64,000 nucleotides of DNA from IMG/VR virus record IMGVR_UViG_3300042914_002678; one strand, written 5' to 3'. Origin of the DNA: a virus (lineage: Duplodnaviria > Caudoviricetes). Shown one piece after another: positions 18,076-28,248 of the stretch. The notes under the pieces are model-generated. The model worked only from the letters and a program-made list of their open reading frames with translations. It was not told the origin of the DNA and did no database searches. Position numbers and translations under genes: made by a program. Positions within the stretch are counted from its first letter, which is position 1. Every line of letters begins with the position of its first letter.

Positions 18076-18614
18076 TTAGTATTCAATATGCTTCAACTCT
18101 AGTTAATCCCGAATATAATCATGCCATTGAATTTGGTGTTGCTGAAGGAAGAACTATAAAAATGATGAGAGAATCATTGAATGAAAATTATAAAGTTTTT
18201 GGTTTTGATTCTTTCTTTGGATTACCTGAAGACTGGGTAGGAACTCATCAAGTTAAAGGAGATTTTAGTACAAATGGTGTGGTTCCAGAAATAGAAAATG
18301 TTAAATTTTTTAAAGGTTGGTTTGAAGATACAATTCCAGAGTATTTAAAAGAAGCTAGTACGATAGGACTTCTTCATGTTGATTGTGATCTTTATTCTTC
18401 TACTAAAACTATTTTTAAATATTTACATCCTTATATAAAATCTGGGACTATAATCGTTTTTGATGAATGGTGCTATAATTTTAATGAATCTTTCAATGAT
18501 CACGAGCAGAAAGCTTTTTATGAATATGTTGAAGAGCATGATGTAAAATATGAATTTATACCTTTTTCTGATCCAGAAAAAGGTTGTGAAAGAAGAATAG
18601 TTAAAATTTTATGA
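18072..18614 (+). CDS. TylF/MycF-like methyltransferase
   Basis: IEFGV..G, FGFDSFFGLPE, HVDCDLYSST, VFDE. Confidence 0.85.
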   Translation: MISIQYASTLVNPEYNHAIEFGVAEGRTIKMMRESLNENYKVFGFDSFFGLPEDWVGTHQVKGDFSTNGVVPEIENVKFFKGWFEDTIPEYLKEASTIGLLHVDCDLYSSTKTIFKYLHPYIKSGTIIVFDEWCYNFNESFNDHEQKAFYEYVEEHDVKYEFIPFSDPEKGCERRIVKIL

Positions 18615-19609
18615 ATTTTCCCAAGTATTATATTGGTCCAATGAGTAAAAATGTTGTTGACTGTGTAATTAAACACAGTCAAAAATATACTATTGGATTA
18701 ATACCCTCCAGAAGACAAGTTGATTTTTCTGGGGGATATGTAAATGGGTGGAATAGCAAAACTTTTTCCGAATATGTGAAAAATAAAAATTCAAATATTT
18801 TCCTTTGTAGAGATCATGGTGGAGCAAAACAAGGGCAACTGATTGATGACGGAATTGAGTCTTTTGAAAATGATGCCAAATATTTTGATTTAATTCACAT
18901 TGATCCTTTCAGAGATTCTGAATCAATAGAGCAATCTGCAGAAAAAACAAGATTAATGGTAGTAAAGATGTGGAATCAAAATCCACATATGATTTATGAA
19001 GTTGGGACTGAGGAAGCAATTTTTAAATATGAACCAGATGAACTTTTTTGGTTTCTAGAGTTTTTAAAATTATCTTTAACTGCTGAACAATTTGGTCAAA
19101 TTAAATATGCTGTTGTTCAATCTGGAACGAGATTAGATCTTTCTACTAGAACTAATATTGGTAACTTTAATAATAATAGATTAAAAAATTTTATTGAAGT
19201 AGTTAAAAGTTTTGATTTAATGAGTAAAGAACATAATGGAGATTATCTAACGGAGTCTTTTGATGTTGAAACTAGATTTCAATCGGGATTAGACGCTATT
19301 AATATTGCTCCAGAATATGGACAGATTGAATCTGAATTTTATCTTGATTCTTGTAAACAAGATTCTGGTTTATTTGAAATTCTATATCAAATATGTTATA
19401 ATTCTGGTAAGTGGAAAAAATGGATTGTTGATATTAATAGGATATCTAAAGAACAATTAATTATGACCTGTTGCCACTATGTACTCTCAGACAATGAATT
19501 TATAGAAAAAATTAAAGTTCATTTTCCCAATGCCGACAAAAAAATTCAAAAAAGAATTTCTTCTCAATTAAAATTATTACATGAGCAAACTAAAAACTAT
19601 TGCATTTGA
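18611..19609 (+). CDS. Tagatose-bisphosphate aldolase (KbaZ/GatZ)-like TIM-barrel protein
   Basis: CRDHGG, IHIDP, YEVGTEE, KEHNGDY, AINIAPEYG. Confidence 0.55.
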   Translation: MNFPKYYIGPMSKNVVDCVIKHSQKYTIGLIPSRRQVDFSGGYVNGWNSKTFSEYVKNKNSNIFLCRDHGGAKQGQLIDDGIESFENDAKYFDLIHIDPFRDSESIEQSAEKTRLMVVKMWNQNPHMIYEVGTEEAIFKYEPDELFWFLEFLKLSLTAEQFGQIKYAVVQSGTRLDLSTRTNIGNFNNNRLKNFIEVVKSFDLMSKEHNGDYLTESFDVETRFQSGLDAINIAPEYGQIESEFYLDSCKQDSGLFEILYQICYNSGKWKKWIVDINRISKEQLIMTCCHYVLSDNEFIEKIKVHFPNADKKIQKRISSQLKLLHEQTKNYCI

Positions 19610-19958
19610 TTTGGATGATGTCATTTGTTCTCGTTCTAATAGATATGAGAATTTAGGTCCAAACAAATATAACTATTGTGAACCAGATCAATCTATAATT
19701 GATCTGGTTAATTTTCTATATGAGCAGGGTAATAAAATAGTTATATATACTGCAAGAGGAATGTCTCAATATAAAGGAAATGTATCTCTTATCTATAGTG
19801 AGTTATATTCCAAAACAATTCAACAATTAAATGATTGGGGTTTGAAGTACGATCAACTTGTAATGGGAAAAATTCATTATGATTTATTGGTCGATGATAA
19901 AGCATTAAATTCTTCTAACATTACAAAAGAAACTATTATAAAATTTTTATATGAATAA
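19581..19958 (+). CDS. HAD-superfamily capsule-biosynthesis phosphatase
   Basis: FDLDDVIC, IYTARGM, YDQLVMGK..DLLVDDKA. Confidence 0.8.
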   Translation: MSKLKTIAFDLDDVICSRSNRYENLGPNKYNYCEPDQSIIDLVNFLYEQGNKIVIYTARGMSQYKGNVSLIYSELYSKTIQQLNDWGLKYDQLVMGKIHYDLLVDDKALNSSNITKETIIKFLYE

Positions 19959-21321
19959 GTTAGTAATTTTTGATCTCGATGGAGTTCTTATTGATAGTAG
20001 AGAAATGCATTATGAAGCACTTAATCGTGCTTTAGGAAATGTTTCTTGGGATTATGTGATTAGTAGAGAAGAACATTTAAGTCTTTATGATGGTCTTCCT
20101 ACTTCAAGAAAACTTGCGATTCTTACTGAGAAGAAAGGACTTCCAACAGATAAACAACAAAAAATATGGGAAGATAAACAAAAAGAAACTCTTGAAATCT
20201 TTTCCGATTTAGAGTATGATTATGAATTAATGCATTACTTCCAACAACTTAAGCAACGAGGATATCAAGTTGCGGTTGCTAGTAATAGTATTCGTAATAC
20301 TGTTAAACTTGTTCTACTTAAGTTGGGAGTATTAGAGTTTGTTGATTATTATGTAAGTAATGAAGATGTTACTCGCAATAAACCATTTCCAGAGATGTAT
20401 TGGAAGTGTATGATTGCCTGCAATGCACTTCCAAAAGATACTGTAATTTTTGAAGATAGTCACATTGGTAGACAAGGTGCTTTAGACAGTAAATCGCATT
20501 TGATTGCTATTGAAAATAGAGATGATTTAAACCAAGAAAAAATTAATAAAGTATTTGAAATATTTGCATCTAAAAAACACACTATTGTACCTTGGAAATC
20601 TGATAAAATGAATGTTCTTATTCCTATGGCAGGTGCTGGTAGTAGATTCGCCAGTGCTGGATATACGTTTCCCAAACCATTAATTGAAGTTAATGGCAAA
20701 CCTATGATTCAAGTAGTGGTTGAGAACTTGAATATTGAAGCAAATTATATTTTTATTGTTCAGAAAGAACACTATGAAAAGTATAGTCTTCAATATTTAC
20801 TTAATCTAATTGCTCCTAACTGCAATATTGTTCAGGTAGATGGAATTACAGAAGGTGCTGCTTGTACCACTCTCCTTGCCAAAGAATTAATCAATAATGA
20901 CCATCCATTAGTAATGGCAAACTCTGATCAGTTTGTTGAATGGAATAGTAACGAGTGCCTTTACGCCTTTAATGCTGATGGTATTGATGGTGGTATCGTT
21001 AGTTTCGAGGCAACTCATCCTAAATGGTCTTATGCTAAAGTTGGTGAGGATGGTTTTGTATCTGAGGTTGCCGAAAAGAAACCAATTAGTAACAATGCAA
21101 CAGTCGGTATCTATTTCTGGAAGAAGGGTTCTGATTATGTAAAGTATGCCGAGCAAATGATTGAGAAGGACATCAGGACTAATAATGAGTTCTATGTCTG
21201 CCCAGTCTTCAATGAGGCAATCCAAGATGGTAAGAAAGTTCGGATCAAAGATATTGATAAAATGTGGGGAATTGGTACACCAGAAGATTTAAACTATTTC
21301 TTGGAGCACTATAAAGGATGA
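19951..21321 (+). CDS. HAD phosphatase - nucleotidyltransferase fusion
   Basis: FDLDGVLID, KPFPEMY, IFEDS; then PMAGAGSRF..PKPLI, MWGIGTPEDL. Confidence 0.88.
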   Translation: MNKLVIFDLDGVLIDSREMHYEALNRALGNVSWDYVISREEHLSLYDGLPTSRKLAILTEKKGLPTDKQQKIWEDKQKETLEIFSDLEYDYELMHYFQQLKQRGYQVAVASNSIRNTVKLVLLKLGVLEFVDYYVSNEDVTRNKPFPEMYWKCMIACNALPKDTVIFEDSHIGRQGALDSKSHLIAIENRDDLNQEKINKVFEIFASKKHTIVPWKSDKMNVLIPMAGAGSRFASAGYTFPKPLIEVNGKPMIQVVVENLNIEANYIFIVQKEHYEKYSLQYLLNLIAPNCNIVQVDGITEGAACTTLLAKELINNDHPLVMANSDQFVEWNSNECLYAFNADGIDGGIVSFEATHPKWSYAKVGEDGFVSEVAEKKPISNNATVGIYFWKKGSDYVKYAEQMIEKDIRTNNEFYVCPVFNEAIQDGKKVRIKDIDKMWGIGTPEDLNYFLEHYKG

Positions 21322-21797
21322 AACTGATCGCTCATCGTGGAAATATTGATGGACCAAATCCATTACAAGAAAATCGTCCAGAATATATTGAGGCAGCAAT
21401 TTCCGAAGGATATGATGTAGAGATTGATATTCGTTATGATACTTTTGATAATAATTTTTATCTTGGTCATGATGAACCTCAGTATATTGTTACTCCATAT
21501 TGGTTAGCACAACATATGGATAATTTATGGATTCATTGTAAAAATATTGATGCTCTCAATCATTTTGTAAGTAAAACTGGTGGTTATAATTATTTTTGGC
21601 ATCAAGAGGATGATTTTACTTTGACAAGTAAAAATTATATTTGGACTTATCCCGGAAAATCATATACACCCAGATCAGTAATTGTTATGCCAGAATGGAA
21701 TATGCCAGTTGAAACTTTTAGCGATTTGCGAGCATTTAATTGTCATGGTATTTGTAGTGATTATTCTTTTTATTTAAAATCTGAGGTATATGAATGA
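21318..21797 (+). CDS. Glycerophosphodiester phosphodiesterase-like protein
   Basis: IAHRGN, DVEIDI, LGHD, WIHCKN, GICSDY. Confidence 0.75.
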   Translation: MKLIAHRGNIDGPNPLQENRPEYIEAAISEGYDVEIDIRYDTFDNNFYLGHDEPQYIVTPYWLAQHMDNLWIHCKNIDALNHFVSKTGGYNYFWHQEDDFTLTSKNYIWTYPGKSYTPRSVIVMPEWNMPVETFSDLRAFNCHGICSDYSFYLKSEVYE

Positions 21798-22591
21798 ATA
21801 AAAATAAAGTTGCGGTTCTTTTAAGTGGGCATGTTAGATCTTATGAATCTCTTCAACAAGTTGTTGAAGGTATGGAGGAAAATTTAATAAAAATAAATCC
21901 TGAATATGATTTCAAGTTTTTTATGCACACTTGGAATTTTTTGGATTGGAATCATGATGGAACTGTTTATCATACTCATAATACAGAAAGTCAAAAAATA
22001 TTAGATATTATTAATTTAGAAAAATTATCTATTACTAAAAATAAAAATCCAATATTGGTCAATAATGATGATAGAACGCACGGACAATATACTTCTGTGA
22101 ATGAATGTAATAAATTAAAAAAAGAATTTGAAAATAAAAATTTTAGTTTTGATATTTCTATTAGAACTAGATGTGATCTGAAAATTTGCGAACCATTGGA
22201 TTTATCAATTATTGATACATCTTGCTTCAATATTACCAACGACGCATTTGGATTTGCGGATTGGTTTTGTATATCATCATCAAAACTTATTGATTATTAT
22301 TCTGATTTAATTTTAAATTTGGAATCTTTAGTTGATGAAAATTTAAAATATGGATGTTATGGAAAATATTCTGTAGACCAACATCATCTTTTATTATTGT
22401 ATCTTAAAAAAATTAAACATGGACTCAGTTTTGATGATTTTGTGGATTTGAAAATAAATCCTGAGTATAATGAATCTTACGAAAAAGATGCGAAAGAAAT
22501 AGAAAATTATGTTAAAAGGATTGATTTTTTATATTACTTAATAAGATCTGATGGACGCTCAAACGACACGTTTAAAAAAGGATATCGGTAA
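21794..22591 (+). CDS. Putative glycosyltransferase-like protein
   Basis: VAVLLSGHVR, FMHTW, IRTRCDL; island context. Confidence 0.55.
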   Translation: MNKNKVAVLLSGHVRSYESLQQVVEGMEENLIKINPEYDFKFFMHTWNFLDWNHDGTVYHTHNTESQKILDIINLEKLSITKNKNPILVNNDDRTHGQYTSVNECNKLKKEFENKNFSFDISIRTRCDLKICEPLDLSIIDTSCFNITNDAFGFADWFCISSSKLIDYYSDLILNLESLVDENLKYGCYGKYSVDQHHLLLLYLKKIKHGLSFDDFVDLKINPEYNESYEKDAKEIENYVKRIDFLYYLIRSDGRSNDTFKKGYR

Positions 22592-22596
22592 ATAAA

Positions 22597-23286
22597 ATGG
22601 AATTTACTTTTGGCATTATTACTTCTGGAACAGAGGATGAAAATATCAACATTATTATTGATAGTATTGAAAAGCAAAATATTCCTACTTATGAAATTAT
22701 AATAGTTGGAAATTCGAAAGTTTCTAGAAAAAAAACTAGAGTAGTTCAGTTTAATGATGAACATATTCCTAAATGGATTACCAGAAAGAAAAATATAATT
22801 ACAAATGTTGCTAAGTTTGAAAACGTTGTTTACCTTCATGATTATGTGGTTCTTACTGATGATTGGTATAAGTCATTTTTAGAATTTGGAAATGATTTTG
22901 ATTTGTGTATGAGTCGTATTACAAATCATGATGGAACTCGCTATCGTGATTGGTGCATTTGTATGTGGGATAATCCTACAATTATGCAAATTGTTGGTCC
23001 GGATAAAAAATGTATTCTTCCATATGATGAGAAAAGATTTAAAAAGCATATGTACTTTTCTGGAGCATACTGGGTAGCAAAGAAACAAGTTATGCTAAAA
23101 TATCCTTTAAATGAGCAACTTATTTGGGGTCAGGGTGAGGATGTATTGTGGTCATCTCAGGTTCGACATGAGTATGAATTTAAAATGAATGAAGATTCTG
23201 AAGTTAAATTACTTAGGCAAAAAGAAGTTGCTTATGGTATTGCTGATCAAGAAACAATTCAAAAATTGAGTATAGTTTTAACTTGA
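22597..23286 (+). CDS. Glycosyltransferase family 2-like
   Basis: YEIIIVG, WITRKKN, YLHDY, WGQGEDV. Confidence 0.75.
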   Translation: MEFTFGIITSGTEDENINIIIDSIEKQNIPTYEIIIVGNSKVSRKKTRVVQFNDEHIPKWITRKKNIITNVAKFENVVYLHDYVVLTDDWYKSFLEFGNDFDLCMSRITNHDGTRYRDWCICMWDNPTIMQIVGPDKKCILPYDEKRFKKHMYFSGAYWVAKKQVMLKYPLNEQLIWGQGEDVLWSSQVRHEYEFKMNEDSEVKLLRQKEVAYGIADQETIQKLSIVLT

Positions 23287-23287
23287 T

Positions 23288-23935
23288 ATGAAAAATATAA
23301 TTTATTTCCATATAGCAACAATTGGAGAATATCAAGAAATATTTGATGAGATCTATACTCAATTTGTAGAGTCAAATCTTATAGATAATGTGGAAACTAT
23401 TAATTTATGTATAGTTGGTCAAGGAGATTTGAACGTTCAACTAAATGATAAGATTAGAATTTATCAGGATTCGGATATAAATTCTGGTGAATTTTTTACA
23501 TTAGACAAAATAAAATTTTTTTCTGATTATTCTGAAGAAAATTATAAGATACTTTATATTCATACAAAGGGTGTTACGACCCCAGATAATCAATGTATTA
23601 TTGATTGGAGAAAGTATATGACTTACTTTAACGTCTGTCAATATCAAAAGTGTTTTGATTTATTAGATGAATATGATTCCTGCGGAGTAGATTTAGTAAA
23701 TGATCCAGCACTACATTATTCTGGAAATTTTTGGTGGGCAAATTCTTCTTATATTAAAAAACTTCCCACCATTAATGAAATTAAATTTCCCAAAACTCCT
23801 CCTATACTTTCTATACGTCACAACTGCGAATTTTGGATTGGAATGGGAAATGGGAAATTAAAAAGCCTTTGGAATTCCAATATAAATGTATATGAAAGAC
23901 ATTTACACAATTATTCTAAAGATAATTATATTTAA
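23288..23935 (+). CDS. Putative glycan-modifying protein
   Basis: LYIHTKGV, WRKYM, HYSGNFWWANS motifs typical of phage sugar islands. Confidence 0.5.
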   Translation: MKNIIYFHIATIGEYQEIFDEIYTQFVESNLIDNVETINLCIVGQGDLNVQLNDKIRIYQDSDINSGEFFTLDKIKFFSDYSEENYKILYIHTKGVTTPDNQCIIDWRKYMTYFNVCQYQKCFDLLDEYDSCGVDLVNDPALHYSGNFWWANSSYIKKLPTINEIKFPKTPPILSIRHNCEFWIGMGNGKLKSLWNSNINVYERHLHNYSKDNYI

Positions 23936-23937
23936 CC

Positions 23938-24720
23938 ATGAAATCAAAAACACCTTTGCTAATCTATACACATTCTGATTGTGATTTTATTTGGCCAGCA
24001 TTAATAGGTCAAGTTCAAAAATATGTAGTGGATGTGGAAGTTCATTTTGGATACAATGATACTTTGGTTGATATAACAAATTACAATATTCCAAGTGACT
24101 GGATTCTTCATACTTATGATGATAATTTGATTTGGACAGAAAAAGTTAATCAACTTTTAAAACAATTTGAAAGTAAGTATGTTCTTTTTATTCATGAAGA
24201 TTGGTTGCCAACTAATTACGTATATGGTAATATCATTGACGATATGACTGAATTTATGGATGAAGTTAACTGTGGATTTCTCTTAAGTTATATCAATTCT
24301 GATCATACCAGAGTGACTAGGAGACTCTATGACACAACTAACCCAAAAGAATTTGGAATAGAAAGTAAATACGAAGGATTTTACTTTTATAGAGAAGATA
24401 GTCATATATTTCAACCTGCTATATGGAATAAAAAAGTTTTTGAAGAATTTACTGAGAAACTGAAAAAAAGAAAAAATCAAAATGAAGACGTTGATTGCTT
24501 AGAATTTATGAGACGTAAAAATGCATATAGTATTCAAGGTGAAAAAGATATTGTAAATAAAAGAACAACAACCTCATTATTTTTTCCTCATATGCACGCT
24601 CTTTCCGAAGGTCTTTGGAATTTTGGAAAGTATCCTACATTAAAAGAATTGTTGGATAGTTATGGAATTGATACTAATAGTAGAGGTATACATACATGGT
24701 GGGAACTTAATTGGCAATAA
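23938..24720 (+). CDS. Putative glycosyltransferase
   Basis: YVLFIHEDW GT-A-like motif; island context. Confidence 0.5.
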   Translation: MKSKTPLLIYTHSDCDFIWPALIGQVQKYVVDVEVHFGYNDTLVDITNYNIPSDWILHTYDDNLIWTEKVNQLLKQFESKYVLFIHEDWLPTNYVYGNIIDDMTEFMDEVNCGFLLSYINSDHTRVTRRLYDTTNPKEFGIESKYEGFYFYREDSHIFQPAIWNKKVFEEFTEKLKKRKNQNEDVDCLEFMRRKNAYSIQGEKDIVNKRTTTSLFFPHMHALSEGLWNFGKYPTLKELLDSYGIDTNSRGIHTWWELNWQ

Positions 24721-25061
24721 TTATGAATCTATGTCAAATTACAACTGAATATTTTAAAATTTTTTCTAATAAAGATATTAATAAACTTTCTCAATTATTT
24801 GATAATAATATAGTTTTAAAAGACTGGGATATTGAAAAGTTTGGAAAAGAAGAAGTCATTAAAGCAAATCAAAATATTTTTGATTCTGTAGATAAGATTA
24901 CCGTAACTCCAATTAAAATTTGTTCAGATGGAAATACAACAGCATCTGAAATTAATATAGAAGTAATTGTTAATGGTAAAATAGAACATCTTAATGTTGT
25001 AGACTTTATTGAATTTTCTGAAGAAAATAAAATTTTATCAATTACTGCATATAAGAGATGA
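24711..25061 (+). CDS. SnoaL/NTF2-like protein
   Basis: YFKIFSNKDINKLSQLF..DW..GKEEV..VVDFIEF..KILSITAY. Confidence 0.7.
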   Translation: MAIIMNLCQITTEYFKIFSNKDINKLSQLFDNNIVLKDWDIEKFGKEEVIKANQNIFDSVDKITVTPIKICSDGNTTASEINIEVIVNGKIEHLNVVDFIEFSEENKILSITAYKR

Positions 25062-25849
25062 ATAGGTGTTGCTTTATTATCTTTGCACATTCTTTAGTGC
25101 AAACTGTAGATGATTTAAATGATATGATTGAAAATATTAATTATTTTCATGATAATTGTGATTTTATTGTTAATCATCCAACTATTGATCATCTAAAGGT
25201 AAGAACTCGTCATATGCCTGGAGTTCTTAATCATTCTAGTTTTATTTTTGGTGCTTATGAACAAATTTTGAGATCATTGACAAATGAAGAAATTAATTCG
25301 TTTGATCATTTTTGTTTAGTATCTGCCAATCAATATTTTATTAATAAAATAGAATTTGAAAAGGGAGTTAATTATGTTACTTTCTATAATGTGGAAAATA
25401 ATTGGCATGAATTTTATAATGGATATAAATTTAGTAAAGATGTTATTGGATTCCCATTAAATCAATATCATGGAAGATGGGATAGAAATGATTTGTATAA
25501 ATTATATAATATTCAAATAACTCCTATGGCTTCTAATTGGGAGTGTCTTGCTTTGACAAATGAAGCAATGATACTTGCTAAAGAACATATTGATACATGT
25601 GTTAATTTATATCCAAATGAAGATATGATAAGTGTTTTTCCTGGATATATGGCTCTTCTTTCTGGTCAACCATGGGAATTTCCAAAACACTTTGGATCTT
25701 ATGATCCTTCAAATTATGAAAGAACTCATTTTCTTACTGAATCCCAAATTGATAAAAAATATAAAGATGGATATTATAGTGTAAAAAGAACTAACTATAG
25801 TAAAGATTGTCCGCTCAAAAATTATATTAGAAGAGAATACATGAAATGA
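25058..25849 (+). CDS. Hypothetical protein (sugar island)
   Basis: 263-aa ORF translationally coupled to neighbours. Confidence 0.6.
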   Translation: MNRCCFIIFAHSLVQTVDDLNDMIENINYFHDNCDFIVNHPTIDHLKVRTRHMPGVLNHSSFIFGAYEQILRSLTNEEINSFDHFCLVSANQYFINKIEFEKGVNYVTFYNVENNWHEFYNGYKFSKDVIGFPLNQYHGRWDRNDLYKLYNIQITPMASNWECLALTNEAMILAKEHIDTCVNLYPNEDMISVFPGYMALLSGQPWEFPKHFGSYDPSNYERTHFLTESQIDKKYKDGYYSVKRTNYSKDCPLKNYIRREYMK

Positions 25850-26805
25850 TTACTATCAATTATTTGTCTCATAATAGACCAATAGAATTTTGGAAAATAA
25901 CTGAATATTTTTTAAACAAAATTAAACCAGAAAATAAATATAAAATTAGAGTAAACATCCTTGCATCGGAGACTCCAGAATGGCAAGCATTAGATGATAT
26001 TGAAACTAATTTAATTTCATTTCCTCACGGAGGAATGAATTATATGGAAAAAATTAATTATGCAATATCTGAAGATACAAAATATTCTGTGAAACTTGAT
26101 GAAGATTGTTTTATCAATAATCATGTTTGGGATTATATTATTGAAAATATTGATATTCTTGACTCCGATGAAAACTTTGCTTTAGCACCTTTATTATCAA
26201 ATAATATTCCTTTAGTTGATCAATTTATTGATTCATTCATTGGTGATGAAGATGTTAAAGAAAAAATTTTTAAAGATTTTTTGGCAAGAAATATGCCTAA
26301 CGGTCTTTGGGGTGCAGATTATTCTTCTTTAAATGAGCATACAATTAATACTAACCTTTGGGATTCTGTGGCATTTTATAATGGCGTAGAAAAAATAAAT
26401 CACCACTACAAAGGAATTCATCCTATTAGAATTTGTGCAGATGCTCAGGTTATTTTAAATGATTATATAATGGATAATTTTGATAAAATGTTGAGCATAC
26501 AAGATTATTCTATCAAAGAATTTACTTGCCCATACTATACAAATAGTGTATTTTTTATTAAGACTAGTGATTGGAAAAAGGTTTTAGAAATGCCTGCATA
26601 TGATGCATTTGACGAAGTTCAATTTAATATGTTTAAAGAACAATTTAATAAAAAAACATTTTATGTAGATAATGGTTTCTCATTGCATTTAACTTATAAT
26701 ACAATACATAATATTAATCATAATGTGTGGGGAATTGGTATGCAGGATGGTAAAGATTATGAAATAAAACTCGTTGAAAAAATCTGTCAAAAGTTAGGAT
26801 TATGA
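25846..26805 (+). CDS. Putative glycosyltransferase
   Basis: YSVKLDEDCF DxD-like motif. Confidence 0.5.
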   Translation: MITINYLSHNRPIEFWKITEYFLNKIKPENKYKIRVNILASETPEWQALDDIETNLISFPHGGMNYMEKINYAISEDTKYSVKLDEDCFINNHVWDYIIENIDILDSDENFALAPLLSNNIPLVDQFIDSFIGDEDVKEKIFKDFLARNMPNGLWGADYSSLNEHTINTNLWDSVAFYNGVEKINHHYKGIHPIRICADAQVILNDYIMDNFDKMLSIQDYSIKEFTCPYYTNSVFFIKTSDWKKVLEMPAYDAFDEVQFNMFKEQFNKKTFYVDNGFSLHLTYNTIHNINHNVWGIGMQDGKDYEIKLVEKICQKLGL

Positions 26806-27620
26806 AAAAAAGATACAATATTGTAGGTGCATGTTGGAATCATTATGAAAATGGAGTTAAAAATTCATCTATCTTAAATAATGCGACAAAATATGTAGAA
26901 TGGGTTACTGACGGATCTGCTGAAGAAACATTTTATGTTGATCAAGCATTGTCTTTTGGAATTAATGATAAAAAAAGTTTAAAAAAATATGGATGGATAT
27001 ATGAACCAACTGAAATTTATCCAAATATTTTTCAAGATGTTAAAAACAATTATCTAAAATATGTAGAAAATTATGATGCAATTTTTACTTTTAATAAAGA
27101 ATTGTTAGAACTTCATGAAAAATTTAAATCTGTTTATCAATTTGGAACTTGGATAATTCAACCAAAAATATATCAAAAAACTAAATTAGTTTCTATGATT
27201 TCTTCCAATAAGATTATGTGTCAGGGGCATTTATATAGACTAAAATGGGTTGAAAAATTAAAGGATAAAGTTGATTTATATGGAATTGGATTTAATCAAA
27301 TTTCATATAAGGAAGATGGATTAAAAGATTACATGTTTTCTGTTGCTATTGAAAACTGTAGTTATGAAACTTATTTTTCAGAAAAAATACAAGATTGTTT
27401 TGCAACAGGAACAATACCAATTTATCATGGTGCTCCAGATATTGGAAAAATATTTAATTCGGATGGTATTATTACTTTGACTGATGATTTTGATATATCA
27501 ATCTTGACACCAGAGTTATATTATGATAAATTAGATGCAGTTAAAGAAAATTTTGAAATTATTAAAAATAGTAATATTATAGATGATTATCTATATCTTA
27601 CATATTTACATAAATATTAA
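26802..27620 (+). CDS. Glycosyltransferase family 10 (alpha-1,3/4-fucosyltransferase-like)
   Basis: YMFSVAIENC..YFSEKIQDCFATGTIPIYHG. Confidence 0.85.
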   Translation: MKKRYNIVGACWNHYENGVKNSSILNNATKYVEWVTDGSAEETFYVDQALSFGINDKKSLKKYGWIYEPTEIYPNIFQDVKNNYLKYVENYDAIFTFNKELLELHEKFKSVYQFGTWIIQPKIYQKTKLVSMISSNKIMCQGHLYRLKWVEKLKDKVDLYGIGFNQISYKEDGLKDYMFSVAIENCSYETYFSEKIQDCFATGTIPIYHGAPDIGKIFNSDGIITLTDDFDISILTPELYYDKLDAVKENFEIIKNSNIIDDYLYLTYLHKY

Positions 27621-27651
27621 AACAAAAAAGTAACTTATTTAGATTAAAAAA

Positions 27652-28233
27652 ATGAAGCATTTTTATGAAGGTCCTCAGTTTGGTGAAAACTGGTTTAATT
27701 ATGGTGAATTATATTCACAAATAGTTGAATATTTTCCATCTGGTAGTAAATTTGTTGAAGTCGGATCTTGGAAAGGAAGATCTTCAGCATATATGGCAGT
27801 CGAAATTGTTAATTCTGAAAAAAATATTGATTTTTATTGTGTAGATACATGGGAAGGTGGGGAAGATCATAAAAACAGTAAAATTTTTTCTAAAGAACTC
27901 GAAACTTTATATGAAGTATTTTTGCAAAATATTTCTCCAGTAAAGGATTATATTAAACCTATTAAATCTACATCAGTTGAAGCTTCAAAACAATTTGAAG
28001 ATAATTCTTTAGATTTTGTTTTTATTGATGCATCACATGAATATGAAGATGTTAAAAATGATATTAAAGTATGGCTTCCAAAAGTAAAACCTGGAGGAGT
28101 TTTTGCTGGTCATGATTATTTTTATGAGGGTGAAGATTATTTTCCTGGAGTTAAACGAGCAGTAAATGAAGCACTGACAGATTTTCAAACATGCTTTAAA
28201 AATTGTTTTGTCTATTCAAAACCAGAAATTTAA
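27652..28233 (+). CDS. Class I SAM-dependent methyltransferase
   Basis: VEVGSWKGRS, DFVFIDASHEYEDV, GGVFAGHDY. Confidence 0.87.
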   Translation: MKHFYEGPQFGENWFNYGELYSQIVEYFPSGSKFVEVGSWKGRSSAYMAVEIVNSEKNIDFYCVDTWEGGEDHKNSKIFSKELETLYEVFLQNISPVKDYIKPIKSTSVEASKQFEDNSLDFVFIDASHEYEDVKNDIKVWLPKVKPGGVFAGHDYFYEGEDYFPGVKRAVNEALTDFQTCFKNCFVYSKPEI

Positions 28234-28248
28234 TAGGATTGAAAAATT

